A DNA stretch of 64,000 nucleotides, taken from an uncultured Verrucomicrobiae bacterium. GTDB lineage: Bacteria; Verrucomicrobiota; Verrucomicrobiia; Chthoniobacterales; UBA10450. The position numbers and the translations under genes are program-made. This document shows positions 23,844 through 33,399 of this stretch, one piece after another; the first letter of the stretch is position 1; every line of letters begins with the position of its first letter. The notes under the pieces are model-generated. The model saw nothing but the letters and a program-made list of their open reading frames with translations. It did no database searches and was not told where the DNA came from. The stretch spans positions 32,001 through 96,000 of the forward strand of contig CAVSDR010000002.1 in the NCBI GenBank assembly GCA_963726745.1. Reading direction: 5' to 3'.

Positions 23844-23969
23844 CTGTCATCCCGAGCGAGCGCAGCGCAGTCGAGGGATCCCGCAAGCCGCGTGCGGGAG
23901 GCAATCATCGGTAACTCGCGGGGTCCCTCGACGCCATTCCGCTGCGCTCCATTCCGCTCGGGATGACAG
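23844..23969. repeat. REP/MITE-like palindromic intergenic element
   Basis: Terminal inverted repeat CTGTCATCCCGAGCG / CGCTCGGGATGACAG plus an inner arm GTCGAGGGAtCCCGC / GCGGGgTCCCTCGAC, between convergent genes. Confidence 0.8.
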
Positions 23970-24022
23970 GAAAACAGCCAGCGCGCTGGCGGCAGCTAAG
24001 CCCATCCTCCAGCAGGACTCTG

Positions 24023-24059
24023 AATCCGGTTCATCCTGAAAATCCCGTAAATCCTGTCT
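24023..24059. repeat. Degenerate 9-bp tandem repeat (AATCCTGTA-like, x4)
   Basis: aatccggtt catcctgaa aatcccgta aatcctgtc just 3' of ychF. Confidence 0.6.
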
Positions 24060-24066
24060 AGTTCGC

Positions 24067-25170
24067 TCAGACGTTAAACCGAAACTCCACCACGTCCCCG
24101 TCCCGCATCACGTATTCCTTGCCCTCGATCCGCAGCTTGCCCGCTTCCCGCGCCTTTGCCTGCGAGCCGAGCGCCACCAGGTCGTCGTAGTGCACCACTT
24201 CCGCGGCGATGAAGCCGCGCTCGAAATCGCCGTGGATCACCCCCGCCGCCGCCGGCGCCTTGTCGCCTTCGCGGATCGTCCAGGCCCGCGTTTCCTTCTC
24301 TCCCGTGGTCAGGTAAGTGCGCAGGCCTAACAAGTGGTAAACCGCGCGGATGAGCGCGCTCACCCCACTGCTCGCCACCCCGAGATCGCGCAAGTATTCC
24401 TGCGCCTCCGCTTCCGGCAGGTCGACCAGCTCGCTCTCAATTTGCGCGCTGATTACCACCGCCTCGCTCCCGAAATGCTGGCGCGCGTATTCCTCCACCG
24501 CCTTTACCTGCGGATGCTCCGCCGCCTGGGCCAGCTCGGCTTCGGCCACATTGCAGGCGAAGATCGTCGGCTTATCCGTGAGCAGGAAAAAATCGCGCGC
24601 GATCACCTTTTCGTCGTCGCTCAGCGGGGCGGTTATGGCCGGTTTGCCCGCGTCCAGGTGCGGGAGCAATTTCTCGATCACCGCGTGCTCCGCCTTGGCC
24701 GCCTTTGCGCCCATGCGCACTTCCTTTTGCAGCCGCTCGCGCCGCTTTTCCAGCGAGGCCAGGTCGGCCAGGACCAGTTCGGTGTTGATCACTTCGATAT
24801 CGCGCACCGGATCGATCGTCCCGCTCACGTGATGGATGTCGCCATCCTCAAAACAGCGCACCACCTGCACGATCGCGTTGACTTCGCGGATGTGGCTGAG
24901 GAATTGATTGCCCAGGCCTTCGCCCGCGCTCGCCCCTTTCACCAGGCCGGCGATGTCGACAAACTCGATCGCCGCCGGGATGATTTTCTGCGAGCCGGAG
25001 AGTTTACTCAGCACCTCGAGCCGCGCATCCGGCACCGTGACCACGCCCAGGTTTGGATCGATCGTGCAAAACGGATAATTCGCCGCCTGCGCTTTCCGCG
25101 TGCGCGTGACCGCGTTAAAGAGCGTGGATTTCCCCACGTTGGGCAGACCGACGATTCCAGCGCTGAGCAT
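24067..25170 (-). CDS. ychF: Redox-regulated ATPase YchF
   Basis: [47 protein letters not shown]. Confidence 0.97.
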   Translation of the reverse strand: MLSAGIVGLPNVGKSTLFNAVTRTRKAQAANYPFCTIDPNLGVVTVPDARLEVLSKLSGSQKIIPAAIEFVDIAGLVKGASAGEGLGNQFLSHIREVNAIVQVVRCFEDGDIHHVSGTIDPVRDIEVINTELVLADLASLEKRRERLQKEVRMGAKAAKAEHAVIEKLLPHLDAGKPAITAPLSDDEKVIARDFFLLTDKPTIFACNVAEAELAQAAEHPQVKAVEEYARQHFGSEAVVISAQIESELVDLPEAEAQEYLRDLGVASSGVSALIRAVYHLLGLRTYLTTGEKETRAWTIREGDKAPAAAGVIHGDFERGFIAAEVVHYDDLVALGSQAKAREAGKLRIEGKEYVMRDGDVVEFRFNV

Positions 25171-25252
25171 AAGGCGCGCACGCTACGGCGACCCGGCGCG
25201 GCTGGCAACCAGGAGGCCGCCGGCGAGCCCTGCCTTTCGCACCCCCCGGGGG

Positions 25253-25297
25253 AAACAACAAAACCGCGAGCGGCCCTGGGGCACACTCGCGGTTTGC
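25253..25297 (-). terminator. Probable terminator of the 25328-26401 gene
   Basis: AAACCGCGAG...CTCGCGGTTT hairpin followed on the minus strand by TTTGTTGTTT. Confidence 0.6.
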
Positions 25298-25327
25298 TGG
25301 AAGAAGGATGCTCTTGCTGCCCGGTGC

Positions 25328-26401
25328 TTACACCAGCGCCGGAAGGCGGCTTCCATTCGCCTGCCCGTTCCCATGGCTCCCGGGCATGGTTAGGGAGGCC
25401 GCGGCCATGTTTGCCGGCGCACCTGCCGGGGCCAGTGCCTTGTTTGCGGTGGCCGCGTAGACCACCGGAGCGCTCGCCACCCCCTGGCGGCTCCCGTTCA
25501 CTGCCTGCACGATGAACTCCACCGCGGCCTCGTTAGGCACTTCCACCTGCGCCAGCGGCTCCTTTGTGCTCGCCACCAGCTTGTACTCACTCTGCACGCC
25601 GATGATGCGCATCCGGAAACGGTAGCGCGAGGCGAAAGGCGTGGCCTCGCAGCTTAGCAGCACCTGGTGCGTGTTCGCGCTGCCCTCCACCGCAGTCGCC
25701 CCGGTGGCCGCGCGCGCCGCGACCTCGAGTCCCGCCGGTTGCCCCGGGGTGGTCCGGTTTGCCGGCATCTCCAGGCCAAAGGCCAGCCACCGCGGATCAT
25801 CCGCCTTCAATAGTTGGCCCAGCACGCCCACCAGGAGGCGCATGAGCGAAGTTAACGCCTCCACCGCGCTGCCCCGGGCCACCCCTTTCTCCTCCAGCGC
25901 CGTATCCGCCGCCGCCGCCAGCGCGTGCCTCGAGACCGCCGCGTTGCGCAGCGCCGCGCCTGCTGCCGCCGTCACCCCCAGGGTGGGAGCCTCGTAGCCC
26001 GGTGTGCTCGTTAGGCAGTCGATCATCCGCAAGGCCAGCGCCAGGCGGTCGTTAATCGTCGCCGGGATGGCGATGCTGGGCGTGGTGAAACCCACCTGGG
26101 CCCACTGCCGGTTCCAGCGCTTGCCGAAGAAGGCACTCAGTGCGCCCGTCACCTTGCCCAGCCATCCAGTTAAGGCACTATCCGCCGCATGGAAGTTCGC
26201 GTAGGCCGTCTCCTGCGCACTGCGGGCCGCGTTAAAGTTCCGATCCGCCAGGACCAGCGCATCCGTGGCCGCCTTCATCTGCGGGGCGTCCACTTGTTTT
26301 AGGTCCAGCGTGGTCCCGTAGGTTACCAGGCCCTGCTCCATTTCTCCGCCCAGCACCACCAGGTCGGCGATCGTTCTCGGTATTTGACTGTAGTATTTCA
26401 T
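25328..26401 (-). CDS. Hypothetical protein, helical N-terminus and FnIII-like C-terminus
   Basis: 357-aa ORF; C-terminal TPGQPAGLEV..YRFR..FIVQAVN..S.P pattern resembles fibronectin type III. Confidence 0.7.
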   Translation of the reverse strand: MKYYSQIPRTIADLVVLGGEMEQGLVTYGTTLDLKQVDAPQMKAATDALVLADRNFNAARSAQETAYANFHAADSALTGWLGKVTGALSAFFGKRWNRQWAQVGFTTPSIAIPATINDRLALALRMIDCLTSTPGYEAPTLGVTAAAGAALRNAAVSRHALAAAADTALEEKGVARGSAVEALTSLMRLLVGVLGQLLKADDPRWLAFGLEMPANRTTPGQPAGLEVAARAATGATAVEGSANTHQVLLSCEATPFASRYRFRMRIIGVQSEYKLVASTKEPLAQVEVPNEAAVEFIVQAVNGSRQGVASAPVVYAATANKALAPAGAPANMAAASLTMPGSHGNGQANGSRLPALV

Positions 26402-26557
26402 ATTTAGATGGGGCCTTGTTCTAGCAGCCCCAGTGCCAATGGTGGTTCGTTAGGTAGAAACTTTTTTTTGGGCCACCAGGGAAACTCCCTTCCTCGGCGA
26501 ACTCACCGGGCTTCGTTTCCCTGGGCGGCAGGCAGCACTTTCTTCCAGTGCATTTCT

Positions 26558-26653
26558 TTCCCGGGTGAAAACGGAATCCATTTCGCCTCGGAATTCTGTT
26601 CCCGGGTGAAAACGGAATCCGTTTCGCCTCGGAATTCCGTTCCCGGGTGAAAA
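26558..26653. repeat. 41-bp tandem repeat, ~2.3 copies
   Basis: TTCCCGGGTGAAAACGGAATCCRTTTCGCCTCGGAATTCYG starting at 26558 and 26599, partial copy at 26640. Confidence 0.9.
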
Positions 26654-26738
26654 TAGACCTCTTCTCTACCGGGAATTGCCCCGGATACCGTCGCGGCGTC
26701 CTCGCTCACTTGAAAGGCGACTACCGCCTCATGGCCCC

Positions 26739-26897
26739 CTTTTATATGGCAGTGGCCTGCGCCTCCTCGAAATGGACATGGCCCCGAAAGGGGTGAGCAC
26801 CGGGGACGGTGCGAATCAATGCGTTCGCCTGCGCATTAAAGACGTTGACCTCGGGTATCTCCAGCTCACCATCCGCGACGGCAAAGGTGGGCGGCGC
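26739..26897 (+). pseudogene. Integron integrase (IntI-like) fragment with a 48-bp in-frame insertion
   Basis: LLYGSGLRLLE-[16 aa insert]-CVRLRIKDVDLGYLQLTIRDGKGG matches the IntI box I region LLYGxGLRxxEcxRLRvKDxD..IxVRxGKG; no N- or C-terminal parts present. Confidence 0.8.
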
Positions 26898-26978
26898 GCA
26901 TCGCGAGGGCCTGCCGGTGCAGCCAGGAACTCCGCGTCTTCGGGTTCGATCCACAGTCATGAGGCCTCCGGAGCGCCA

Positions 26979-27090
26979 GCCTAACCAGGAGATGGAGCGA
27001 ACGGCGGACCGCTGTGCGCGCCACCTTTGAGAGGACTTCCATACTTTTTCTCCGAGCAACGCGCACCCTCGCCCGCCGTCGCATCACAGC
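26979..27090 (+). mobile_element. attC-like site (degenerate 3' end)
   Basis: Starts with an RYYYAAC box (GCCTAAC); GCGAACGGCGG pairs with CCGCCGTCGC leaving one extrahelical base; no intact GTTRRRY at the 3' end. Confidence 0.65.
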
Positions 27091-27501
27091 GCCTTCGCCG
27101 AGATCGACCGCGAAACGAATCAAACGGCAATTGCTTTTGTGACCTCGCGTATCGCACGCAGCCGAGATTCCGGACGGTCTTCGACATGACGACGCAGCTA
27201 ACCAGGCGATAATATAGAGAACTGCCTGTCCGCTCCGCTGTTCGCAGCTGGGCTCTTGCAATCATAAAGGACAGGCGGACGAACAGAAGAATGCGGGGCC
27301 TGATATTCCTCGGAGACAATTCTAGCAGGCGAGAAATAAAATTTCCGAGGGTTCCCATTCCGGCGCCCGGCGGCGGCACGCCATCCGCGACGTCACGAGT
27401 GACCACTAACGGGAGAATTTGGCTTGCCGCAGGCGGGGGAGCTGAGTTGAATCGGGCCCGATTAGTTCCTAACCCATCAATAGACACTCGAGGTAAACCT
27501 T

Positions 27502-28326
27502 ATGAATCTTGGTTGCAGCAAATTTCCCGCTATCTTTTCAGTCTTCTTCTTTCTCGTGACCGGTGGCGCGATGCGGTCATCGGCCACAACGGTGCTCTAC
27601 GACAACTTCAATCGCAGCGGGGCGCTCAACGGGACTGCGCCGACGATTAATAACGGCCAGACGTGGACTGCTACGGGCGCTTTTTCGACGGACGGCACCC
27701 GGGTAGTGGGCGCGGGAGCTTTTCTGCAGGCGGCCTATCTTCCTCTGCCCACCGCGATCCAGTCGGGGTTCGTCTACACGCTTTCGGCGACGGTTTACTT
27801 CAATCCGGCCACGAACGACAACACTGGGTTCATGTTGATCGGGTTTTTCGATAGCACTCCCTCCTGGGATGGGAGCACGACTTATGATGGTGGACGGACC
27901 ATCGGGATGGGCCCGAGGAGCGGCGTAAATTCGGTAGCGGACGCGCGTGATGGTCATACTCATCCCTCGGACATTGCTTCCCCTGACGGAACGAACGGCG
28001 TCACTTTTGGACTTCGGTTAGCCGAATCGGCGCCTAACGTATGGATGGCAGACGTGCTGGAGCTGGCGCCCAATAGCCGGGTGCTGACAGCGATAGCACC
28101 ATATACTTCGACGCCAGTCTCCGTTTCCCAAATCGCAACCATCGGATTGCTCTCCGCTTCCACCAACTCGCCGTTCATCGATAACTTCACGTTGGACGTC
28201 TCGCCGGCCGTCCCGGAGCCCGGCACAGTCGCCCTAGTCTTAGGCGGGGCGATGGTCGTCATCGTATCAAAGAAGATGCGATTAACCTCCAAGGCCGCCA
28301 GGGAGCGTGGCGCCGCCGAGTCTTAA
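27502..28326 (+). CDS. Secreted PEP-CTERM protein
   Basis: N-terminal hydrophobic signal; C-terminal VPEPGTVALVLGGAMVVIVSKKMR; visibly more AT-rich than the flanking core genes. Confidence 0.85.
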   Translation: MNLGCSKFPAIFSVFFFLVTGGAMRSSATTVLYDNFNRSGALNGTAPTINNGQTWTATGAFSTDGTRVVGAGAFLQAAYLPLPTAIQSGFVYTLSATVYFNPATNDNTGFMLIGFFDSTPSWDGSTTYDGGRTIGMGPRSGVNSVADARDGHTHPSDIASPDGTNGVTFGLRLAESAPNVWMADVLELAPNSRVLTAIAPYTSTPVSVSQIATIGLLSASTNSPFIDNFTLDVSPAVPEPGTVALVLGGAMVVIVSKKMRLTSKAARERGAAES

Positions 28327-28423
28327 GGTCGCGCTGGCCGACCAGACATCTGGGCGGGGCGTGTGCCCTTGCCCTGTCTCCGTCCTTGATGGCATCCTCC
28401 TCACCATGCGGCGAGAGAAACGC

Positions 28424-28483
28424 ACCGAACCAGGCATTGCAGCGAACGGCGGGACCGCGGTGCACGCCACTTTCGACGATGAC
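28424..28483 (+). mobile_element. Truncated second copy of the attC-like repeat
   Basis: ACCGAACCAGGCATTGCAGCGAACGGCGGGACCGCGGTGCACGCCACTTTCGA aligns closely with 26979-27030. Confidence 0.6.
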
Positions 28484-28526
28484 GGCAACCCATTGATAGG
28501 ATCGCGTCTGCCGAGACTCGCGCGCC

Positions 28527-30854
28527 TTACCGATCCAGCCGCACAAAGAGGAGGCGCAGGCTGTTGAGCACGACGACGACGGTGCTGCCTTCGTGCGCGA
28601 CGACGCCTAACGAGAGCGGGATGCCGCGGGTGAGGGCGAGCAGCGCCATCACCAGCACGGTTCCGAGGGCGACGGCGATATTCTGGCCGATGATGCGTTT
28701 GGCGCGGCGGCTCAACTCGAAGGCGATGGCAAAATTCTCCAGCCGATCTTTCATTAAGACCACTTCGGCCTGCTCCATGGCAGCATCGGAAGCGCGCGCG
28801 CCCATGGCCACGCCGACATCGGCGGCCGCGAGGCAGGGAGCGTCGTTCACGCCGTCGCCGATCATCGCCAGCTTGCCGCCTCTTTTTTTCAACTCCTGGA
28901 CGGCGCTGACTTTTTGCCCGGGAGAAAGCTCGGCCCGCACGTCTTCCACCCCAGCTTCGCGGGCGATCAATTCCGCGGTCGCGCGGCGATCTCCCGTGAG
29001 CATGACGGTGTGCATCCCGAGGCGACCGAGCCGCGCGATCAAGGCGGCGGCTTCCGGCCGCAAACGGTCGCGCAGGAGCAGCCGCCCGCAGAGCCCCGGG
29101 CCGCCGATCCAGACCTCGGCGACATCGTGTTCCTGGGCCGCGGCAGCATCGCAGGACTGCCCGATGCGCTCGCGCACGAAGGCCCGGCTGCCAAGGGCAA
29201 AAAGCTGACCGCGCCGGCGTGCGCTGATCCCGCCGCCGGGGAGCGAATCCGCGTGGCTGAATTCCTCGGTCGCGAGTTGCCGCCGGAGGCCGATTTTCTC
29301 GATCGCGCGGGAGAGGGGATGGTGCGAGAGGCGGGCCAGATTAAAGGCGGCCGCGAAGAGCGCCTCTTCGGTGCCGCTAAAAGCCTCGAGCCTAACGAGT
29401 GCGGGCAGGCCCTCGGTGAGCGTGCCGGTTTTATCGAGCGCGACCGTGCGGACATCCGCCAGGGTCTCAATGGCCGCGCCGCCGCGGAAGAGCACGCCGC
29501 GCCGTGCCCCGGAGGCGATAGCCGACAAGATGGCGGAGGGAACGCTGAGGACGAGCGCGCAGGGCGACATGACCACGAGCAAGGTCATCGCCCGGTAGAA
29601 CGCGCTCGGTTGCCCGCTGGCGTGCTGGAAGGGCGACCAGCCAAGAACGAGCCAGCCGACGAGAAAGAAGGCCGCGGCGGAGAGGAGCACGAGGTAGGTG
29701 TAGCCGGTGCCAAAGCGATCGCTAAAGCGCTGCGAGGGCGCCTTGAAATGTTGCGCCTGCTCGATCAGGTAGACGATCTTTTGCAGCGCGCTTTCCCTGG
29801 CCGGCCGCAGCACTGCGCCATCGAGCACACCCCAGACATTCAAGGTGCCGGCCAGCGCGAGATCGCCCGGCGCCTTCGGCATCGGGCGGGATTCGCCGGT
29901 TAAATTCGACTCGTCGCAGGCGCTTTCGCCGCGGGTGATGCGGAAGTCGACCGGCACCTGCTCGCCCGCTTTCACCCGCACCTGCATCCCCGGTTCCAAG
30001 GCGTCAACCGCGCGCTCGCTCTCCTCGCCGTTAACGAGGACGGTTGCGGTCTTGGGCGCGCCACGGAGGAGTGCGCCGATCTCGCGCTGGGTGCGCGCCC
30101 CCGCGAAATGTTCCATCGCGCCGGAGGCCGAGAAGAGGAAGAGCAGCAGCGCCCCTTCTGCGTAGGCACCGATCGCGGCCGCCCCAAGCGCGACCGCGAG
30201 CATGAGGAAATGAATCTCCAACTCGCCGCGCCGCAGGCGTGCCCAGGATTCAATCGCCGCATCCCAGGCGCCGGAGAGATAGCTTAGGGCGAAAAGAGAC
30301 AGCACGATGGCCGGCGCGGCCTGCAGGCGTTGCGCCGCGAGCGCGCCGAGACCGGAGAGGAGACAGGCGAGCGAGAGCCAGGCGAGCTGCTTCCACTCAT
30401 CGGGGTCGGCATCCGGCCCGCTGTGGCCGCAACAACTGCCGGCCCGGTCCGGCCGCGGCCAGCGGAGCTTGTTCCACTGCCAAAATCCGACCGCGGTGCG
30501 GCAGGTCAATTTCTCGATGACGGTGTTCCCGAGCACGTCCTTGACCACGACGTTGGCGTTCCCGACCTGGCGCGATGGCGCTTCGCCGCACTGGGCGCAG
30601 AGACCTTGGGAATCGAGGACGCCGCAGCCTTGCTCGCGCCCGGCCACGGCCTCGCTCACGCGTTCCGCGATGCGCTGCCCGCGGTCGTCCCCGAGCGTGG
30701 CCACGGAGAGCAGTTGGTTCTTCGATTGAAACGCGACCGCTTCGAGCTGCGGCTCTTCGCTCATCAAGCGGGCGACTTTCCGAACCACGCACGATCCATC
30801 CGCGCGCGCGACCGGCGGGCGGGGACTGGTTTGAGACTCGGAGTCGTCCGGCAT
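28527..30854 (-). CDS. Heavy-metal P1B-4-type ATPase
   Basis: TGES, SPC in the metal-binding TM, DKTGT, HP, GDGVND, HEGS; Cys-rich N-terminus. Confidence 0.92.
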   Translation of the reverse strand: MPDDSESQTSPRPPVARADGSCVVRKVARLMSEEPQLEAVAFQSKNQLLSVATLGDDRGQRIAERVSEAVAGREQGCGVLDSQGLCAQCGEAPSRQVGNANVVVKDVLGNTVIEKLTCRTAVGFWQWNKLRWPRPDRAGSCCGHSGPDADPDEWKQLAWLSLACLLSGLGALAAQRLQAAPAIVLSLFALSYLSGAWDAAIESWARLRRGELEIHFLMLAVALGAAAIGAYAEGALLLFLFSASGAMEHFAGARTQREIGALLRGAPKTATVLVNGEESERAVDALEPGMQVRVKAGEQVPVDFRITRGESACDESNLTGESRPMPKAPGDLALAGTLNVWGVLDGAVLRPARESALQKIVYLIEQAQHFKAPSQRFSDRFGTGYTYLVLLSAAAFFLVGWLVLGWSPFQHASGQPSAFYRAMTLLVVMSPCALVLSVPSAILSAIASGARRGVLFRGGAAIETLADVRTVALDKTGTLTEGLPALVRLEAFSGTEEALFAAAFNLARLSHHPLSRAIEKIGLRRQLATEEFSHADSLPGGGISARRRGQLFALGSRAFVRERIGQSCDAAAAQEHDVAEVWIGGPGLCGRLLLRDRLRPEAAALIARLGRLGMHTVMLTGDRRATAELIAREAGVEDVRAELSPGQKVSAVQELKKRGGKLAMIGDGVNDAPCLAAADVGVAMGARASDAAMEQAEVVLMKDRLENFAIAFELSRRAKRIIGQNIAVALGTVLVMALLALTRGIPLSLGVVAHEGSTVVVVLNSLRLLFVRLDR

Positions 30855-30922
30855 CCGCGGGCAAGGATACGCAGCCGCGAGGACCGCTCTAGTGAAAAGC
30901 GGGGCGGACGCGGGCGAAAAGA

Positions 30923-30996
30923 TCGGGCCGGCGAGATTTGAACTCGCGACCTCTTGAACCCCATTCAAGCGCACTACCAAGCTGTGCTACGGCCCG
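30923..30996 (-). tRNA. tRNA-Pro(GGG), CCA not encoded
   Basis: CGGGCCG acceptor stem, CTTGA-atGGGgt-TCAAG anticodon arm, GTTCAAAT T-loop. Confidence 0.95.
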
Positions 30997-31076
30997 TTTT
31001 CGGTCGCGCACTATCAGCTTGGGCCGCCGCAGTTGCCAAGCGAAGTTTTTGCCGCGGTCTGCCGCGCTCGGCTGCG

Positions 31077-31265
31077 CTAGAAATTCGTGCCGGTCTGGCG
31101 CGCGCCGTTGGTCTTCCAGGTCGAGCTGGTGCTCGCGGGCGCCCCGGTCGTGGCGGTGGTTTTCTTCGCCGAAGTCGTGGTCGTGGTGGTGGTCGTGGGC
31201 GTTTCGCAGCTCGTGAGCGCCACGGCGGCAGCGGTGAGGAGGAGGGAAGAGATGATTTTTTGCAT
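31077..31265 (-). CDS. Small Thr-rich lipoprotein (62 aa)
   Basis: MQKIISSLLLTAAAVALTSC lipobox followed by poly-Thr. Confidence 0.75.
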   Translation of the reverse strand: MQKIISSLLLTAAAVALTSCETPTTTTTTTTSAKKTTATTGAPASTSSTWKTNGARQTGTNF

Positions 31266-31362
31266 CGGCGAGGGATAAGGAGACGCCGCGAATCTGTCAA
31301 TCTTCCTGGAGGTCGCGCCCGCCGATTGCCCCGGCGCACTTCCGCGCCATCCTTAGCCGCAC

Positions 31363-32325
31363 ATGAATTATCGACGTCTAGGCCGGTCCGGTTTGAAAGT
31401 CAGCGAGCTCTCCTTCGGCGCGTGGGTCACCTTTGCGCAGCAGATCACCGAGGAGACGGCCGAAGAGCTCATGACCGCGGCCTACGACGCGGGCGTGAAC
31501 TTCTTCGACAACGCGGAAGTCTACGCCGCCGGCAAGGCCGAGATCGTGATGGGGAACATTCTCAAACGTCGCGGCTGGGCCCGCGACACTTTCATCGTCT
31601 CGAGCAAGGTCTTTTGGGGCGGCGAGCGGCCGACGCAGGAAGGCCTAAGCCGCAAGCATGTCTTCGAAGCGTGCGAGGCCGCGCTCCGCCGGCTGCAGGT
31701 CGATTATCTCGATCTCTATTTTTGCCATCGCCCTGACCCGGAGACGCCGATCGAGGAAACGGTGCGCGCGATGAGCGATCTCATCCGCCAGGGGAAAGTG
31801 CTCTACTGGGGCACGAGCGAGTGGAGCGCGGAGCAAATTCGCGAAGCGGCCACGATTGCGCGCGAGCTGCACGCGGTCCCGCCGACGATGGAGCAGCCGC
31901 AATACAACATGTTTCACCGCGAGAAGGTGGAGCGGGAGTTCGCCCCGCTTTACGCCGAGATCGGGCTGGGCACGACCATTTGGTCGCCGCTCGCCTCCGG
32001 GTTGCTCACCGGGAAATACAATGACGGCGACCCGGGCGACACCCGCATTTCCCTGAAGAATTACGAGTGGCTGCGGAAGGACTTTGAGAACGCGGAAGCG
32101 CGTGCGCGCCTCGCGAAAGTGAAAGAGCTGGCAGGAGTAGCCAGCGATCTCGGGACCACGTTGCCGCGCCTCGCGCTCGCCTGGTGCCTCAGGAATCCGA
32201 ACGTGAGCACGGTCATCACCGGCGCCTCGAAGCCGCAGCAGGTGCGCGAGAACATGCAGGCGAGCGAGCTCGTGCCGAAATTAACCGACGAGATCATGCA
32301 GCGAATCGCTGCCATCCTCGGCTAA
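31363..32325 (+). CDS. Aldo/keto reductase (Kv-beta-like)
   Basis: [44 protein letters not shown]. Confidence 0.93.
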   Translation: MNYRRLGRSGLKVSELSFGAWVTFAQQITEETAEELMTAAYDAGVNFFDNAEVYAAGKAEIVMGNILKRRGWARDTFIVSSKVFWGGERPTQEGLSRKHVFEACEAALRRLQVDYLDLYFCHRPDPETPIEETVRAMSDLIRQGKVLYWGTSEWSAEQIREAATIARELHAVPPTMEQPQYNMFHREKVEREFAPLYAEIGLGTTIWSPLASGLLTGKYNDGDPGDTRISLKNYEWLRKDFENAEARARLAKVKELAGVASDLGTTLPRLALAWCLRNPNVSTVITGASKPQQVRENMQASELVPKLTDEIMQRIAAILG

Positions 32326-33182
32326 CGAGAGGTCCAGCCGACTAGGAAAGCGTCGACTAATTCCGGCAGGTCATCGCTGTAGCCGCCTTCGAGGATCGCG
32401 CCCACCGGCAGATCGAGTTCCGCGAGCCAGCGGCCGCATACCGCGAAGTCTTCCGCCTCGAGCGAGAGCTGTGTGATCGGGTCGCGCGCGTAGGCGTCGA
32501 AGCCGGCGGAGACTAACAAGAGGTCCGGCTGGAACTCGAGCAGGGTGTCGAGCGCGCGCCGGATCACCGCCATGTGTTCCGCGCGCGGCGCCAGCGGTGG
32601 CACAGGGAAGTTGTGGATGTTGCCGAACGACTCCAGCCCGGTCCCGGGATAGAGCGGCACCTGGTGGATCGAGGCGAAGCGCACGCCTTCGTTGTGGGCC
32701 AGGATCGCCTCGGTGCCGTTGCCGTGGTGCGCGTCGAAATCCCAGATAGCCACGCGTTCAGCACCGTTAGCCAGCGCCTCGAGCGCGGCGACCGCGATGT
32801 GATTGAAGTAGCAAAAGCCCATCGCCTGGTCGCGCGTGGCGTGGTGCCCCGGCGGTCGCATCAGGCTAAACGCGCGCTCACCACGTAGCGCGGCCTGCGC
32901 CACTTCCACGGCTGCGCCAGTTGCCCGGGCGGCGTGGGCGTAGGTCTCGGGGTAAGCCGGGCAATCGGGATCGAAGTCGCCCGCGGCGGCGGCGATGTGT
33001 GCGAGGTGCTCTGCCGAGTGCGCCCGCAGGAGCATCTGCTCGTTCGCCGGTTGCGGCTCGCGCCACGCCCAATTCGGATGGCCCGCGCGCAGCAGCGCCG
33101 CCGTGTGCGCGACGCGTTCAGGGCGCTCGACGTGCCCGGCGCGGGCATACTCCGCCGCGCGCGGATCGTGAAAAATCAGCAC
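32322..33182 (-). CDS. Histone deacetylase family protein
   Basis: [40 protein letters not shown]. Confidence 0.93.
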   Translation of the reverse strand: MLIFHDPRAAEYARAGHVERPERVAHTAALLRAGHPNWAWREPQPANEQMLLRAHSAEHLAHIAAAAGDFDPDCPAYPETYAHAARATGAAVEVAQAALRGERAFSLMRPPGHHATRDQAMGFCYFNHIAVAALEALANGAERVAIWDFDAHHGNGTEAILAHNEGVRFASIHQVPLYPGTGLESFGNIHNFPVPPLAPRAEHMAVIRRALDTLLEFQPDLLLVSAGFDAYARDPITQLSLEAEDFAVCGRWLAELDLPVGAILEGGYSDDLPELVDAFLVGWTSR

Positions 33183-33204
33183 GCCGCCGCCTCCATCTCG
33201 CTGT

Positions 33205-33357
33205 CTAAGTGGTGAACTTCTTGAACAGCCAGATGGCCAGGAAGATGAGCGCCAGGACCCAGACGACGTGCAAGACCACGCTCGTAATCGCGAGGAAAAA
33301 CTTCAGGACGATCCACGCGATGATCAGAACGACGGCGAGCCAGATAAGGGAATTCAT
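33205..33357 (-). CDS. 50-aa two-TM small membrane protein (lmo0937/DUF5670-like; not in the ORF track)
   Basis: MNSLIWLAVVLIIAWIVLKFFLAITSVVLHVVWVLALIFLAIWLFKKFTT*; fills the gap between two co-oriented genes. Confidence 0.7.
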   Translation of the reverse strand: MNSLIWLAVVLIIAWIVLKFFLAITSVVLHVVWVLALIFLAIWLFKKFTT

Positions 33358-33399
33358 ACACCCTGATTCGCATGCGCCCGGGCGGCTGCGTGTCGCTCG

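Noticed and set aside
26558..26653. 41-bp repeats as a CRISPR array
   Set aside because: The units are contiguous with no unique spacers, and there are no cas genes.
30855..30980. N-terminal extension of the ATPase ORF
   Set aside because: It overlaps tRNA-Pro; the start was moved to ATG 30854.
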